Numbered from the stretch's first letter, positions 1 through 16,177 are shown. The stretch is 64,000 bases of DNA from the human T2T-CHM13v2.0 reference genome, Homo sapiens (GCF_009914755.1 NC_060934.1), one strand, 5' to 3'. The notes: generated from the letters alone by a model not told the origin. Translations and numbers: made by a program.

Positions 1-634
1 GAAAACAGAACAGAGTCAGAGAGGTGTGAGGCAGCTCAAAGCTAGGCATTGCTGAACCAGGAGAGCACAAGAGATCCTCAGAGCCAGCCCCCAGCTATGG
101 ATGGAAGGAGCAGTCATGCATGAGCAACCACTGGTGTCAAATCCTGCCAGAAAACAGAAGTGCGCATTACCAGGTAGAGCTGCTCATTAGAGCCCAGGTG
201 AAGGCCAGCGGAGCACAGGGTTACTGCAGGCTGTGGCCTCGAACCAGCCCCAGGGAGGAGATCCCCAACAGCTGCCTCCTTCACTGGGGTAGCCAAAGAT
301 CATCCCTAAGCCAGGGCAGCTCAGGCAGTTACAAAAGCAGAATCCGGGAGCTTTAGCAAAGGTTCAGAAACCAGGAAGAGAGTTCATGGGAAGGGCTAGC
401 CCCATATTTGGAATACGGTAGTGTTCTCTCTCTTTGATGAGGATTTACGTCAACAGAAAGGATTTCCAGACAGGTGTGGAGGCATCCAGTCACGAAACTA
501 AATAGAGATATATGTGGGGAGGGGGTCAGGGAGGCCCAGAAGTACAATGAATAATTCAATAGTGATATCACTGAAGATGGTTCAGGAAGATGTTCTCATG
601 CTGAAAAAGTCATGGCAGCTGCATTTGGAACAGG

Positions 635-1049
635 GTATTTGTCCATTTGCATTGCTATAAAGGAATACTTGAAACTGGGTAATTTATAAAGAAAAGACGT
701 TTATTTGGCTCACAGTTCTGCAGGCTGTACATGAAGCATAGTGCCAGCATCTGCTCCTGGTGAGGCCTCCAGAAGCTTGCAATCGTGGCAGAAGGTGAAG
801 GGGAGCCAGCAAGTGACAGGGCAAGAGAGAGAGCAAGAGAGAGACGGGAGGGCCCCGACCCTTTTTAAACAACCAGATCTCACGTGGACTAATAAAGTGA
901 ACTAATAGAGTGAGAACGCACTCATTACCACGAGGACCGCAACAAGCCATTTATGAAGGATCCACCCCCATGACCCAAACACCTCCACTAGGCCCACCAT
1001 CAACATTGGAGGTTGAGACTTGGAAGGGACACACATCCAAACTAAATCA
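635..1049 (-). mobile_element. MaLR solo LTR (MSTB-like)
   Basis: GTATTTGTCCATTTGCATTGCTATAAAGGAATAC...CCAAACTAAATCA matches the reverse of the MST/THE1 LTR; 5-bp TSD ACAGG at 630-634 and 1050-1054. Confidence 0.85.
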
Positions 1050-1313
1050 ACAGGGTAAGCACTTAGAATTTTTAAGCAGGGAGAAAACTTCCAGTCCTAT
1101 CCTTTCTGAATAGGCCAAAGGATGATCAGGCCAGTTCCAGAGGTGCTGACAGTGAAATCGTGAGACTCAGGGAGGAGATCCGTAGGGCCCTGGAGAGCAG
1201 AGGCTGTCACCAGCACATGCAGGAGGCTTGTTACAAAGTCTTAAGTAAAAGGCAAATGTCAAGGTTCAGTGTGTTGAATCCTGCTAGGATTAGGTCATTG
1301 TGGGGAGATACTA

Positions 1314-1677
<364 letters not shown>

Positions 1678-2859
1678 GGAACATAGCCCACGAATTCAAA
1701 GTAAACCTCAGAGCAAACCTGATCAGCTGGTGAATGATCTCAGTATGGAAGTCTTAGGCTCTGGAGTAGATGGGCAAGTTGCCTGTTGATCACAGGAGAC
1801 AGATTGTCTATTCCAGATTAAAGCAGCATTCTTGGAATAAGCTTTATAGGTGTGTACTATTCCCAGAGTGAGACAGGGTTTGTTCTCTAGAAACTGGTCT
1901 TTTACCCTGAGATTACTCACAATTCAAACAATATCATTGTGATCTAATGGCTACTTCCTTATTTTTGGACTCAAACTAATGATAAAAATAACATAGACTC
2001 TTCAAACTCTTCTCTTTCCTTTTTTGCTTTGGTGCTAGGAAGCTCACAGCCAAATTTCTTTTCCTCCAGACTCTATGATTATTCATTTCTTATTTTAATG
2101 TCACACAAATTTTATCTTAGTAGTGTATGTATTTTGCAAGCCAACTCACATCCTTTGTTAGGAATGAGGTAAGGATAGAAACAAATTAATAAAACCTCTC
2201 TTCTTTATTTCTGCCTTTTATTTTTGTAAGGGTTTTTTGTTGGGCAGGCTTGAAACTGCATGACCAAGCAAATGTTTCTCTGTCAACTTTCTATTCTTTC
2301 TTTGGTTTAAAATGAAAATATACCATGCACTGTTGACCATGGCCCTGTGTTCAGCCTTTATGATGGCCTGAGGGTTTGATATACACTAAAATGACAAAGC
2401 ATTTCAGGAAACCTCCACTGAGTGGAGAGGAAAAATAATAAACCACATGGTGCTCTTCAATGCGCTTTAAAATATTGACTTTGTGGATGAAACAGCTTTA
2501 CTTAAACAGATGCATGAGTTTTGGTACAGACATGTGAAGTCTGTTTCTTGAGTGACAGGGGATACATTTACCCTAAGTATTACAGCTCAAACCAAGCATG
2601 GTCACTGAAACACTGATTAGGTGACAAGTGAAATGAGCTTGGTGTTCTCGGGCAGGTTCCCCAGTGTCTCCATAAAGGGACATAACCTGTTTATGGCAGG
2701 TAGTCCCTACAAAATGGAAGGAGCAAAAATGAGCAAGCAGCCCTGCAAGTGACCTATCCCCCTAAGGTGCAGTAGCACCTGGGAGGGCAGCCGAGGAAAA
2801 TTGGATCCAGTAGTTGCTAGCACCGGCACAGGGAAGGGAGACGGCTTCCAGTGGCTCAG

Positions 2860-3355
<496 letters not shown>

Positions 3356-3453
3356 CTGGCCTAAAGACAGCTGCCCTAGCCACACTCCACTCCACCCCCA
3401 CCCCAGCAGTGCAGACATCTATGTCATACATATGTGTATATTCTGTTGATATA

Positions 3454-3868
3454 CACACAGTCCCCAACATATGATAGTTCCACTTAGGATTTTTTCACTT
3501 TACAATGGGGGAAACAATATGCATTCAGTAGAAACCATACTTTGAATTTTGAAATGTGGTCGATTCCCAGGCTAGTGATATACAACGCAATACTCCCTCG
3601 ATATGCTGGGCAGCAGCAGTGAGCCACACCCCCTTGTCAGCCACACAATTGAGAGGGTAAATGACAGATACTCTATAGTGTTTTGTGTGGCCAGACGGTT
3701 TGCCCAACTGTAGGCTGCTGTAAGTGTTCTGGGCAGGTTTAAGGCAGGCTTGGCTAAGCTATGATGTTTGGTAAGCTGGGTACATCCAGTGCATTTTTGA
3801 CTTACCCTATTTTCAACTTTCAGTGGATTTATCAGGACCTACCCCCATTGTACGTCAAGGGACATTTG
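3454..3868 (-). mobile_element. MER47-like TcMar-Tigger MITE
   Basis: TA-flanked with degenerate terminal inverted repeats; internal GCCCAACTGTAGGCT...TAAGCTATGATGTTTGGTA typical of MER47. Confidence 0.8.
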
Positions 3869-3992
3869 TATATACATATGTATGCATACAGAGGAATATA
3901 TATACATATTTATATATGGACATATCCATATGTATCTTATTGGCATGATATAGATATAGATAGATATAGATATAGATATAGATATAGATATA
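3869..3992. repeat. (TA)n/(TAGATA)n simple repeat
   Basis: Direct reading. Confidence 0.9.
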
Positions 3993-4036
3993 ATCTCCCA
4001 CTGGCTCTGTTTTTCTGGAGAACCCTGACTAGTACA
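3993..4036 (+). mobile_element. MLT2 (ERVL) LTR 3' end fragment
   Basis: CTGGCTCTGTTTTTCTGGAGAACCCTGACTAGTACA matches the MLT2 terminus, preceded by a TA-rich tract. Confidence 0.7.
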
Positions 4037-4980
4037 ATTCCCAACTCTACAAGTGGCCTATAGCATAATCCCCTTGATTTTTCCCCTTTCCCTTGTAAAA
4101 TTAGTCTAATTACACTGGCTCTCCCAGAGAAGGAAAGTGTGCTATAATAAGACGTCATTCTATTCCTCTGAAATGCTTCTATCCACACTGCATGGGATAA
4201 AACCACCTGTTTTAAATGGTGTCAAGATGCAGTCACACTTCTTTCCTGGCACTGATCCTTCCAGTCAGCTTCCCAGGCCAAAGTCCTTTGCCAGGTGCCA
4301 CAGCCCTCGAAGTCATGTGATTTGTATCCGCCAGGGTCCAAGCTATGTCACTGTCAGTCATTATTCTGAGGCATGAATCTAAAATGTGAGCCTGGTCTCT
4401 GGAGTAGCCACTTGGCTAGTGGGTGGAGAATCCTGACTGGTTCCTCTCTCCTCCATCCCTGCACAATTGGAATGCTCTTAATTTGACAGCCTACAAAGTA
4501 GCCAAGGTTAGTTTCTTTGTGAAATCTATTCCTGAAAAGAAAGGCGACTGCTAATATGATGAAGGAACTGAAGACACCTGAAGAAGCATGAGAAAGCAAT
4601 TGTTCTTGGGCAGACATAAAAGATAATTTGGAGAAATGAAAGCATGGACTTTCTTATTTGGACAGAATTATGAAGAGTAAAAGGGCTAGCTTAAATTTTG
4701 TAGTTATGCTTTACTAAATTTAATGGAGTGGATTTTATGATACAGCAGTATTTGCAAACGTGGTGGTTCATTACATTTGCAGGACACTTCTCATAATATA
4801 AAGGGTTTACTCCCACATTTTTTCCTCCCAGTTTATAGGGCTGAGATTATGAGTGTGATCCTACTATGGACTCTGTGGTCTGAGTGAAGAATTGATTTTG
4901 TAACTGACATTTTTCATAAGGCTGTGCTAGACCTGTTAGGAATCATTAAAACTGAAGTTTTGAAAAAGACGGGCTAAGGA

Positions 4981-5192
4981 AAGTATTTATTGAGTGCTAC
5001 CATGTGCCTGACAAGGTGCAGAGTTGTCATTTCAGTTGATCTATGTAGGAACTCTACATGGCAAAAATTACTATACCGACTTTAATAACGAAAAGCCAGG
5101 GAGGGTAACTTGCCCAGGACTGGGCCCACATTTAGAATTTAGAGGTAACTCCTGTTCCCGTTGATTCCAAAATTTATACTCTTTCCAGCACA
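4981..5192 (-). mobile_element. MIR
   Basis: ATTTATTGAGTGCTACCATGTGCC...TAACTTGCCCAGG core. Confidence 0.7.
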
Positions 5193-5644
5193 TAACTGTG
5201 TCTGATAAAGTGCTAAGTAGCTTCACATTTATCAACTGTAAATGGGGAATAGCACAGTATTTACACTTGGAGTGGAGTTATATGACCACATCTTCCCAGA
5301 ACCTTTTTATAGTTCATAGAGAGTTTGTATAGACTCTCCCCAAGGGAACACAGAATAATCGAGGTTGGAAACAGCTTAACCTCAAGTCATAAAAATCACT
5401 GACGTGGGAAACTAAGAGGGAAAATGGTTATCCTTAGTGGAGGAGAGGTTGTATGCTTCTGGTATGTGCTACATGTTCAATTGGTGGAAGGAATGTTTTC
5501 AGCCTTGAAAAATGTGACCCCTTGAACACATTTGATTTTTACATCATGACTATTGTTTTTTGTAAAGCACGCTAAGTACAAGTATTTGTTAGAATAAACT
5601 CCGAACTCTTTAAAAGGTAAAATAATTTATATCTCTTTCCCTGA

Positions 5645-5720
5645 CTCTCTCTCTCTGATGCACACACATATGCACATACACACATACATACACATCCCAT
5701 AACACATCACACAGACACAC
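5645..5720. repeat. (CT)n/(CA)n-rich microsatellite
   Basis: Direct reading. Confidence 0.8.
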
Positions 5721-6049
5721 AATTGCCCATTTTATCAGTTAGTCGGTACCCTATGGCAGCCCAAAGAGGTTGGAAATTACATTCTTCTGTTTTCTTACTT
5801 TGTCATGGTGCTGTGCCTGTTCTGTAAACAGCAGGAGAAGTAATTATGTAAGGTGGGCATTCGTTTCACGGTCACCTCTTGGAATATACTATAGGAATGT
5901 GCTAAAGCAAGGAAATATTTGCTTGAACTAATGCCTGGAAACTGAACGTGGTATGCACTTCATAATAATATCAACCACACATCTGGCTCATTTTTATGTA
6001 TTGTACCTGAGTGGGTGGGGTAATATTTACATTATTTTTCTCCTTCTAG

Positions 6050-6427
6050 GCTGTCTGGTGTGTAGTCTGTGCATGCAAGGGAGTATCGTGTGTGTGTGTG
6101 TGTGTGCGTTTCATATTCCCTATTGCAGCATCTGCCGTTTGCTCTGAATTGGAGCATTTACCATTGCAGAACTGTCACCGGCATCTTAGAAACACAGATT
6201 TACATTCCACAGGTCCCGTAAATGGGCTACGGGGCTGCATGATGCCTTGTGTTTAAAAGAGATCCAAGGGGCAGCCCAGCACTTTCCGTCCAGCTGCACT
6301 TCATACTGTAACTGTGTCCGTTGAAAAGTGAAGCTCAAAGGATTTTTTAGAATCTGCTGCCCCAGCAGGTAACATTCTGGAGTTTTGTTGTTTTTTTTTT
6401 TTCTTGTTGTTTTTTCTGCCATTTAAA
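6050..6427 (+). promoter_or_regulatory. Putative promoter/5'UTR of the candidate exon
   Basis: Free of interspersed repeats; several retained CpGs in a CpG-poor background; (TG)n at 6088-6106; directly upstream of ATG 6428. Confidence 0.4.
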
Positions 6428-6638
6428 ATGTCCAAACCCTCTCGCTTGGCTAGACCTTTCTTCTCTAATGCAGCTTCTAAGCTGCCATCAGCTAGGCGGG
6501 ATGATTTGAACAGCAAACAGAAAAAAAACAGCTTAGGTGAGAAGATTTTGAGAACTGGGAGTGAAGGAAATTTGGTCAAACAGCAGCAGGTGCAAACGGC
6601 GGCAACTCCTGCACAGCGGAAAGCTACACCACACAAAG
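6428..6638 (+). CDS. Candidate first coding exon (70 aa MSKPSRLARP...KATPHK, phase-1 donor) of an unidentified gene
   Basis: AAAATG start (A at -3); open frame to AAG|GTAATG donor at 6638/6639; in-frame TGA 8 nt into the putative intron; not repeat-derived; SKLP and ILRTGSEGNL motifs. Confidence 0.6.
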
Positions 6639-8699
6639 GTAATGTTTGAAATCCACTGCTTTTGTGAACGTTTGCTTAGAAACTTCCTGCTTAACAATAC
6701 TGACCGGTAACTTCAATGAATGAGACTTTCATGGCTTCAAAACTTATCCATTTGATTGAATGTGAAATTTTCTAAAATCCTGGAGTGTGTTGCTAAAAAT
6801 AACCAATAATTATTAGGAAGATGGAGGTGATAGAACTTTCTGTCATTAATTAATGAATGAGATAAGAAATGCTGATTGTTTTCACTTGTCTTCCAGAATA
6901 ACAGATTTTATTCTTGGTCGTGTTTTGTAGCCTTTCATAATCCAATCATATTCAAAGTTTCTTACCCTTTACCTATATGAATAGAAACAAAAAAAAGAAG
7001 GAAATTGCTCTAAAACCTCATCATTAACCAGCAATGGAAGTGTTGCATGCTTAATTGTTTAGTCTCTTTTAAAAATGAATTGTATCTGAAAATACTAACG
7101 TATGGTTCATTGAAAAGCGTGATAAAAATTCCTGCTAGTGTTGTTACCTGGAGCATTTAAATTAGCCTTCTCAGGTGAATGTTGGAATGTTTCACCTAGC
7201 AAGAGTGTTGGTGGATATTTGCCCAGGAATTGAGAAATGTAGTAACTTAAGCTATCTGTTATTTTAGCGTATGTAATCACAGAGGGCAATGAAATCATAG
7301 CTGCTAAAAATATAATAGTAATTTCCCCCATTGTACCAAGAACTACATATTAAAACAATAAGCAGCATTTATAATACTTACTTTAATAGAGTTTGAGTTT
7401 TCTACTACAAATGTAATATTTGGCCCTGTGATTTTATAGTAAGATAAAAAATTGTTTTAATATTCTCATTCTTATAACTGGGAGTTTTTATTTTCTAAAA
7501 AGTCTATTTTATAATTTTAAACCTGACCTCTTCTCCATTAAAAACTATGACAAACAAATACGCAATGATATACTTTTGTGCCCTGTACTATTTCGAAGAT
7601 GTAAGTATCTGTCTGGAAAATTTTAAGTTTTCCCTTAGTTTTATTATTATTGTTTCATCCACTGTGATCAATGACATGCTTGTATAAAAAACAGAGACCA
7701 AAATGCTTCATAAAAGGCACATGCAATGAACACTAGAAGACCTTAGAAGTATTGACAGAAGTGGCTGAATAGAATGAATTTTGGCTGCATGAAAGAAAAA
7801 CTTTCTTTTCTGTTAGACTATGTATAAAGACATGAAAAATTCTTAGAAAAGGAATGTCAACTACCTCAACCTAAAGAGCATCCAAACATTTATACAGAGT
7901 ATATCCTTTTTTAAACAAACAATCCGAGGCTCGGTGCTTATTCCAAAGATTTATTCAAAATGCTGACCTTTTCATGGCGACCTGTGAGATCATTTTTAAA
8001 TAGACTTAGTGGGTGAAAATAATTTTCTTTGATAAAAGGTCTGGGTTGGGATTAGTTCAAAGTCATTTAAAACCAAGAGTGAGTATTAAAGTCCAAGATC
8101 AATATAAATAAGACATATTTTTGTAAATAAATAAATAAACTGGAGATAAATTATAAAATAATGAGTTGGGGGATTTTTTGAGTTTCTCTGAGAGGAAAAG
8201 GAAGTATTCTATGACAAGACATTTTGATACTGGCAGCAGGACTGGATTATTTTTGAAAGACATCATCATCACTCATATTTGTTTTTATTCTTTAATCAGT
8301 ATTTTTTAAATCCAACACATTGTATCATATAGCACCAATAGAAACCTTTAATAGTTGGCAAATCGGACTATGAGTCTCTTTCTAAGATAGCTCTGTTGCA
8401 TTAGGCTTTCACGGAACGTGGTTGTCGTAAGATCAAGAAATCCAATAATAGCCACACCATCTGAGATTTATGTTGAATTGATATGGTGTTTTTGTCCTCC
8501 TCACTAAGATTTTTGTGTTAGTTCTTTAGAATGTTTATTTCATTTGGTCCACAAGGTTTAGCTTAATCTTGACGTAGCTTATCACGTGTCAGATTTTATT
8601 TCTTTCTTGTGTAATTTGTTAAATGAGGGCACCCTGATACATTTCTGACTTTTTTTTTAAGTGTGTCTCCCATTTAGTGTATTTCTTAGACTAGTGTAG

Positions 8700-9800
8700 T
8701 GACCCTTCCTTTCACCTCTTTTCCATGCTCCCCTCTCTGCTTCTTAAATTTTCTCTTCCGTACTTTTATTTGGGTATTAAAATATTGATAATAGTTATGC
8801 TTGGTTATCATAATTAGTTTTCCATCATCCATCTATAGGCTAATTCTAAAAGTTGAAAATCAGTACAGTGTGTAACTAATATGACCTCATAAATCCTTTC
8901 ATTACTAAGCTGAAAAGTGTGCTAAATCATTTTCTCTTACAGTTTTAAAGTCTTTAGTCTTCTGTCCTCAGCATCTCTATCCTCCAAAGGACTGTATGGT
9001 CATGGTTATAGTCATAGAACGCCCCTTTTTTTCTAGATGCTTTTCTCTGCATTCCTCAGTTCTTCTGCCCTGCTCTTTCTTGCCTGATTTCTAGAACTCC
9101 TGAACAGGTATCTCTTACTTTCTTTTATTATTTTGTGAAAGCACATTCCCAATAAGCTTAAGGAAAACTAAATGACAGGTAAACTTTCTAAATGTTTGCA
9201 TGTCCAAAAAACATCTTTATTTTATTTTCACATTTCAATGATACTTTGGACAGGCATAGATTTTTAGACCAAAAATAATTTTTTCCTCATAATGTTAAAG
9301 GCCTTTCTCCATTGTCTTTTGAGATCTAGAAGTGTTGATGAGAAGTCCTGTGTTGTTCAAAGATTCAGTTTCCTTTGTAGGTGATTTTTTTCTCTCTCTC
9401 TCTCGAAGCTTTAAGGATCTCCTTCTTTATCCTTGATGTTCTGAAATTTCACTGAAGTATTTAAAAGTATAGGTGTTTTATTCATTCATTTTGGCTTGAT
9501 GGGCTCTTTCAATTTGAGGAATAATGGCCTTCGGTTCTGAGTATTCTTTCCTATCAATTCTTTGATAATTTCTTTCTCCGTATTTGCTCTAGTTCTCTCT
9601 TTATGGACCTCCTAGGAGTTGGCTCTTGAATCTACCCCACCAATTTTTCTGATACTCATCTTTCCCTTATATTTTTAAGCTTTTATCTCTTGAGTTTTTC
9701 TAGGAGATTTTCTTAATCTTATATTCCAACTCTTCTGCTATCTAGTTTTGATCATCGTCATATTTTTAATTTCCAAGAAGCTTTTAAAATTCTGATTATT
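8700..9800 (-). mobile_element. Ancient L1M/L1ME fragment (ORF1 region)
   Basis: T-rich degenerate match to reverse L1M ORF1 (GTTGATGAGAAGTC...CCTTTGTAGGTGA...GCTTTAAGGAT...TTCTGAAATTTCAC); ends approximate. Confidence 0.65.
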
Positions 9801-10394
9801 TGGGGACCAAAACACATGGCATTATTTTCTGTATATAAGCAATATATTCGTGTGCTTCATTTACCTAATGTACTTATCTTTGCCTGTTCCAATCTGATGG
9901 CACCATATACCCATGTTTCATGATGAGGGTAACCATATCAGTGTGATACTGGTGTGTTTTTATTCTGAACCAATGGTCTCAATTGAGCCCTAGAACAGAA
10001 GAGCCTGGCAATCAATAATCCTTAGGACAACAGCCTTGAAACTCATGTTCACCTATGGAGAATTTTTTCATGATACAAACCCACCAAATGGAAAGTGAAT
10101 GTTGAAGTGTATGTGTTGATATATGTCAATAATTTTATTCAAGATGAGGATATGAGCCAATATCTTAGAATGTGGCATTTCTTCCTGGGCTTTCTGGTTC
10201 CTCTGACCCTAAATTGTTTTGTCCTGATTTCATTTATTTATTTATTTATTTATTTATTTTAGTTATGTTTAACTTTTAACTGTTCTAAAGAACAACTTTC
10301 TTTAGAAGAGGATATACTGACTTCAACCTTGGTTTGAAAAATAGCTTCCATCTCTTATATATTTGTGATGATGATGATGATGACGATGACGATG

Positions 10395-11020
10395 ATACCT
10401 AACCTCTATTGGGCTCTTCCTATGTGGCCAGCACACTTCTAAGCACATTATAAATACACTGACTCATATAGTCCTCACAACAATCCTGTGTCATAGTCCT
10501 ATTGCTATTCCTATTTTGCTGATAAGGAAACAGACAGAGAGTGTATTAGTCCATTCTCACACTGCTGTAAAGAACTACCTGAGATTTATAAAGAAAAGAG
10601 ATTTAATTGACTCAGTTCTGCATGGCTGAGGAGGCCTCAGGAAACTTACAGTCATGGCGGAAGACGAAGGAGAAACAAGCACATCTTACCATGGTGAAGC
10701 AGGAGAAAAAGAGAGAGCGAAGGAGGAAGTGCCACACTTTTAAACCATCAAATCTCATGAGAATTCACTCACTATCACAAGAAAAACAAGGGAGAAATCC
10801 ACCCCCATGATTCAGTCACCTCCCACCATGCACTTCCCCTGACACATGGGAATTACAATCTGACAAAAGATTTGGATGGGAACATAGAGCCAAACCATAT
10901 CACAGAGTTTTGAGTTATTTTCCCAAGATGATGCAGACAATAAGAAGTAGAGCCGGAATTCTAATTCCAGTGGTTTTGAGCCTTGTACTTGCACATTTCA
11001 CCGTGATGCTAGACCACCTT
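10395..11020 (-). mobile_element. MIR interrupted by a MaLR LTR
   Basis: CCTCACAACAATCCTGTG...ATTTTGCTGATAAGGAAACAGA resumes after the LTR as GAGTTATTTTCCCAAG. Confidence 0.7.
10542..10902 (-). mobile_element. MaLR solo LTR (THE1D/MSTA-like)
   Basis: TGTATTAGTCCATTCTCACACTGCT...CCAAACCATATCA; TSD GAGAG/CAGAG. Confidence 0.9.
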
Positions 11021-11469
11021 TCTACACAAAAAAGCAATTCACTCATCAGATAAGTTAATAAAATGAGTTAACACTTTGTGATTGGTTAGCTAGTTCCTGA
11101 AAAATCTTTCTGGTGGCACTCTGCAATTCAGAATAAGCTCTTCTGCTTTCAGCATTTGTATTTGTTGCCCAGGATTATTGTATCTTAAACAAAACAAAGA
11201 AGTGGGAAAGGATGAGAACAAATTTCAGAGTTAATAAATGCATCACAAAACTGTAAATGCTCTTCTAATATTGAAATAAATTAAAGGATACATTGTCTAT
11301 AGGGCCTTGCTGTCCTAATATGTATACTTATCCCTGCAGACATGAGTATACACACACACAAACACACACATGCATGCACACACAGCATACAATTCAAGAA
11401 AGGCTCTTCCATCACACATGACCTGGTGGTCCTAGTACAAGCCTGCAGGCCAAAAATCACTCAAGTCTA

Positions 11470-11640
11470 ATTCTCTTCTGACACAGGCTCCCTCTGTGGC
11501 CTTGAGCAAGGCAATTATCCTTCTGGATTGAATTTCGTCAACCATTAAAGAATAATAATATGTGGTTTATGGGGAGAAGTAGTGGTGAGGATTAATGACT
11601 TAGTTAATGTGTGTCCAGTGTTCTCAAGAGCTCATATCCT
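11470..11640 (+). mobile_element. MIR
   Basis: TGTGGCCTTGAGCAAG...GTGAGGATTAATGA. Confidence 0.6.
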
Positions 11641-12578
11641 GCATGAATACTCTAAGTCAAGCACAATGGGGTCTCTATTTACATACCTACAATTGCTATA
11701 GAGAATAAAATCTTACTCTGTTGCAAATACTATGCATGTACCCATACCAGGAAAACTCTATTATCAGCCCCTGGTTGATTGCTACCTTGCCTTATTCTTT
11801 ATGTTTAAGGAGTAAACTTACATGCATCTCCTTTTCTATAGCACATGTAGATTGAGATCACCTTTAGATACCTGGAGCTCAACATTGTCCACCTCTATAT
11901 TAATACTTGGAGAACAAAAAGTGTGTCCTCTTGCTAGTGGCACTCAAATTTATTCTGGACCCTGCTGATGACTGTAGTTATCTTAGACCAGTGCACAGTG
12001 AAGTAGCCTGAAGGCAGTCATGGCTGTGGATAGGCAATGTCTTGAAAAGGTGCACTCAGTGTATGGCTTTTTCCTAATAATAAGGAGCAAGCTGATAATA
12101 CCAGTCAATGGGTATCATCCATTGATAGGACTTATACTTTTTCTAGTATTTTCCAGAAGCAGCAATGGATTTATATTGATTATGTGCCTTTCTTTATCTG
12201 ACTGCCTTTAGGACCAATTCCACTCATTTGCTGAGAAGATCAGAGGTCAAGGGTACAGTATGTAATCAACAGAGCACTGGCAACTTATGCTCACAGTTAT
12301 TAAATTCATAGTTTTGGCTCATTACTGAGACCAGTTCGTCCAGATCCATGTATTACATATCTATATGGGTCATTACATTTCTCCTCATACTTTTGCTACA
12401 ATTTGCATAGCTTACTCTGAGTAGCCACTGTACAAATGAAAAGTAAACATACTTAATTTGCTTAAGAATATTTAATGGCAACTTTTCTCCAATTAAATAT
12501 AGTATGAGCTATGACTGTGTGAATATGAAAAATTACACTTACTTCTAGAGTTTTCCATTTCTTGACTAATCTTATTTA

Positions 12579-13253
<675 letters not shown>

Positions 13254-13527
13254 TTATTTTCTTCCTAGATTCTGTTGAAATTCAGTATATCAGGAAAGGA
13301 GTATAGAGTCACCTCTTAAAGTTAATCTGGGGTTTTCTCTGAGCTGATCTGTAGTTTTGGTTACCCTGGCATAGCCTGCTTAGGGTAGAGAGATCAATAA
13401 CTCAAAAATGTGATGAAAAACTAAATGCACTTGCATTAGAGAAGCATGAATCACTGTGGAAAAGAGAATTAACAGTCTCCGAGTTTTACAGTGGCATAGA
13501 AACCTAAAGATCGTATAAATTATCTCT

Positions 13528-14919
<1,392 letters not shown>

Positions 14920-15064
14920 TCAAGACTAGAGGTACACTAGTTTGAATCAATGTCTTCTAACTCAATGCTTTTTTTCCTTCTGTGTATCCTTAGCAGAAAA
15001 AGCAAAAACTGCTAGAACACCTCCAGGTTTCCCTTCAAATGTCCACTTCTTAACATGGTTTCTT

Positions 15065-16177
15065 TTTTTTATTTATTTCACTTATTTTGGGGGAACAGTT
15101 AGTGTTTGGTTGCATGGAAAAGTTCTTTAGTGGTGATTTCTGAGATTTTGGTACACTGATCACCTAAGCAATGTACACTCTACCCAATATGTAGTGTTTT
15201 ATCCTTCACCCAACTCATACCCTTCTCCCTGAGTTCCCAAAGTCCATTATATCATTCTTACGCCTTTGCATCCTCATAGCTTAGCTCCTGCTTATAAGTG
15301 AGAACATATGATGTTTGATTTTCCATTCCTGAGTTACTTCACTTAAAATAATGGTCTCCAACTCCATCCAGGTTGCTGCAAATGACATTATTTCATGCCT
15401 TTTATGGCTGAGTAGTATTCCACATTTTCTTTATCCACTCATTGGTTGATGGGCATTTAGGCTGGTTCCACATTTTTGCAATTGTGAATTGTGCTGCTAT
15501 AAACATCCATGTGCAAGTGTCTTTTTCATATAATTACTTCTTTTCCTCTGGGTAGATACCTAGTAATAGGATTGCTAGATCAAACGATAGTTCTTCTTTT
15601 AGTTACCTAAGGAATTTCTATGTTTTCTGTAGAGATTCCACTATAAACATATTTCCTTATTTAAGGAATCTCTATGTTTTCCATAGTGGTTGTGCTAGTT
15701 TACATTCTCACCAGCAGTGTCAAAGTTTTCCCTTTTAACCCCATCAACGCCAACATCTGTTATTTCTTTATTTTTAAATTGTGGCCATTCTTACAGGAGT
15801 AAGGTGGTTTCTCATTGTGGTTTTGATTTGCATTTCCCTGATAGTGATGTTGAACATTTTTCATGCGTTTGTTGGTTATTTGTATATCTTCTTTTGAGAA
15901 TTGTCTATTCATGTCCTTTGCCCACTTTTTGGTGGGATTATTTGTTTTGTTCTTGCTGATTTGTTTGAGTTCCTTGTAGATTCTGGATATCAGTCCTTTT
16001 TCAAATGCATACTTTGCAAAAATTTTCTCCTACTCTGTGTGTTGTCTGTTCACTCTGCTGATTATTTCTTTTGCTGTGCAGAAGCTTTTTAGTTTAATTA
16101 GGTCCCATTTATTTATCTTTGTTTTTGTTGCATTTACTTTTTGATTCTTGGTCATGAACTCTACCTAAGCCAATTGG
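15065..16177 (-). mobile_element. 5'-truncated L1PB
   Basis: AAGTTCTTTAGTGGTGATTTCTGAGATTTTGG L1PB 3' end; TSD CATGGTTTCTT/CATGGCTTCTT. Confidence 0.85.

Noticed and set aside
13269-13310. Acceptor TTTTCTTCCTAG as a possible exon 2
   Set aside because: Phase-1 frame stops after about 12 codons and there is no good donor
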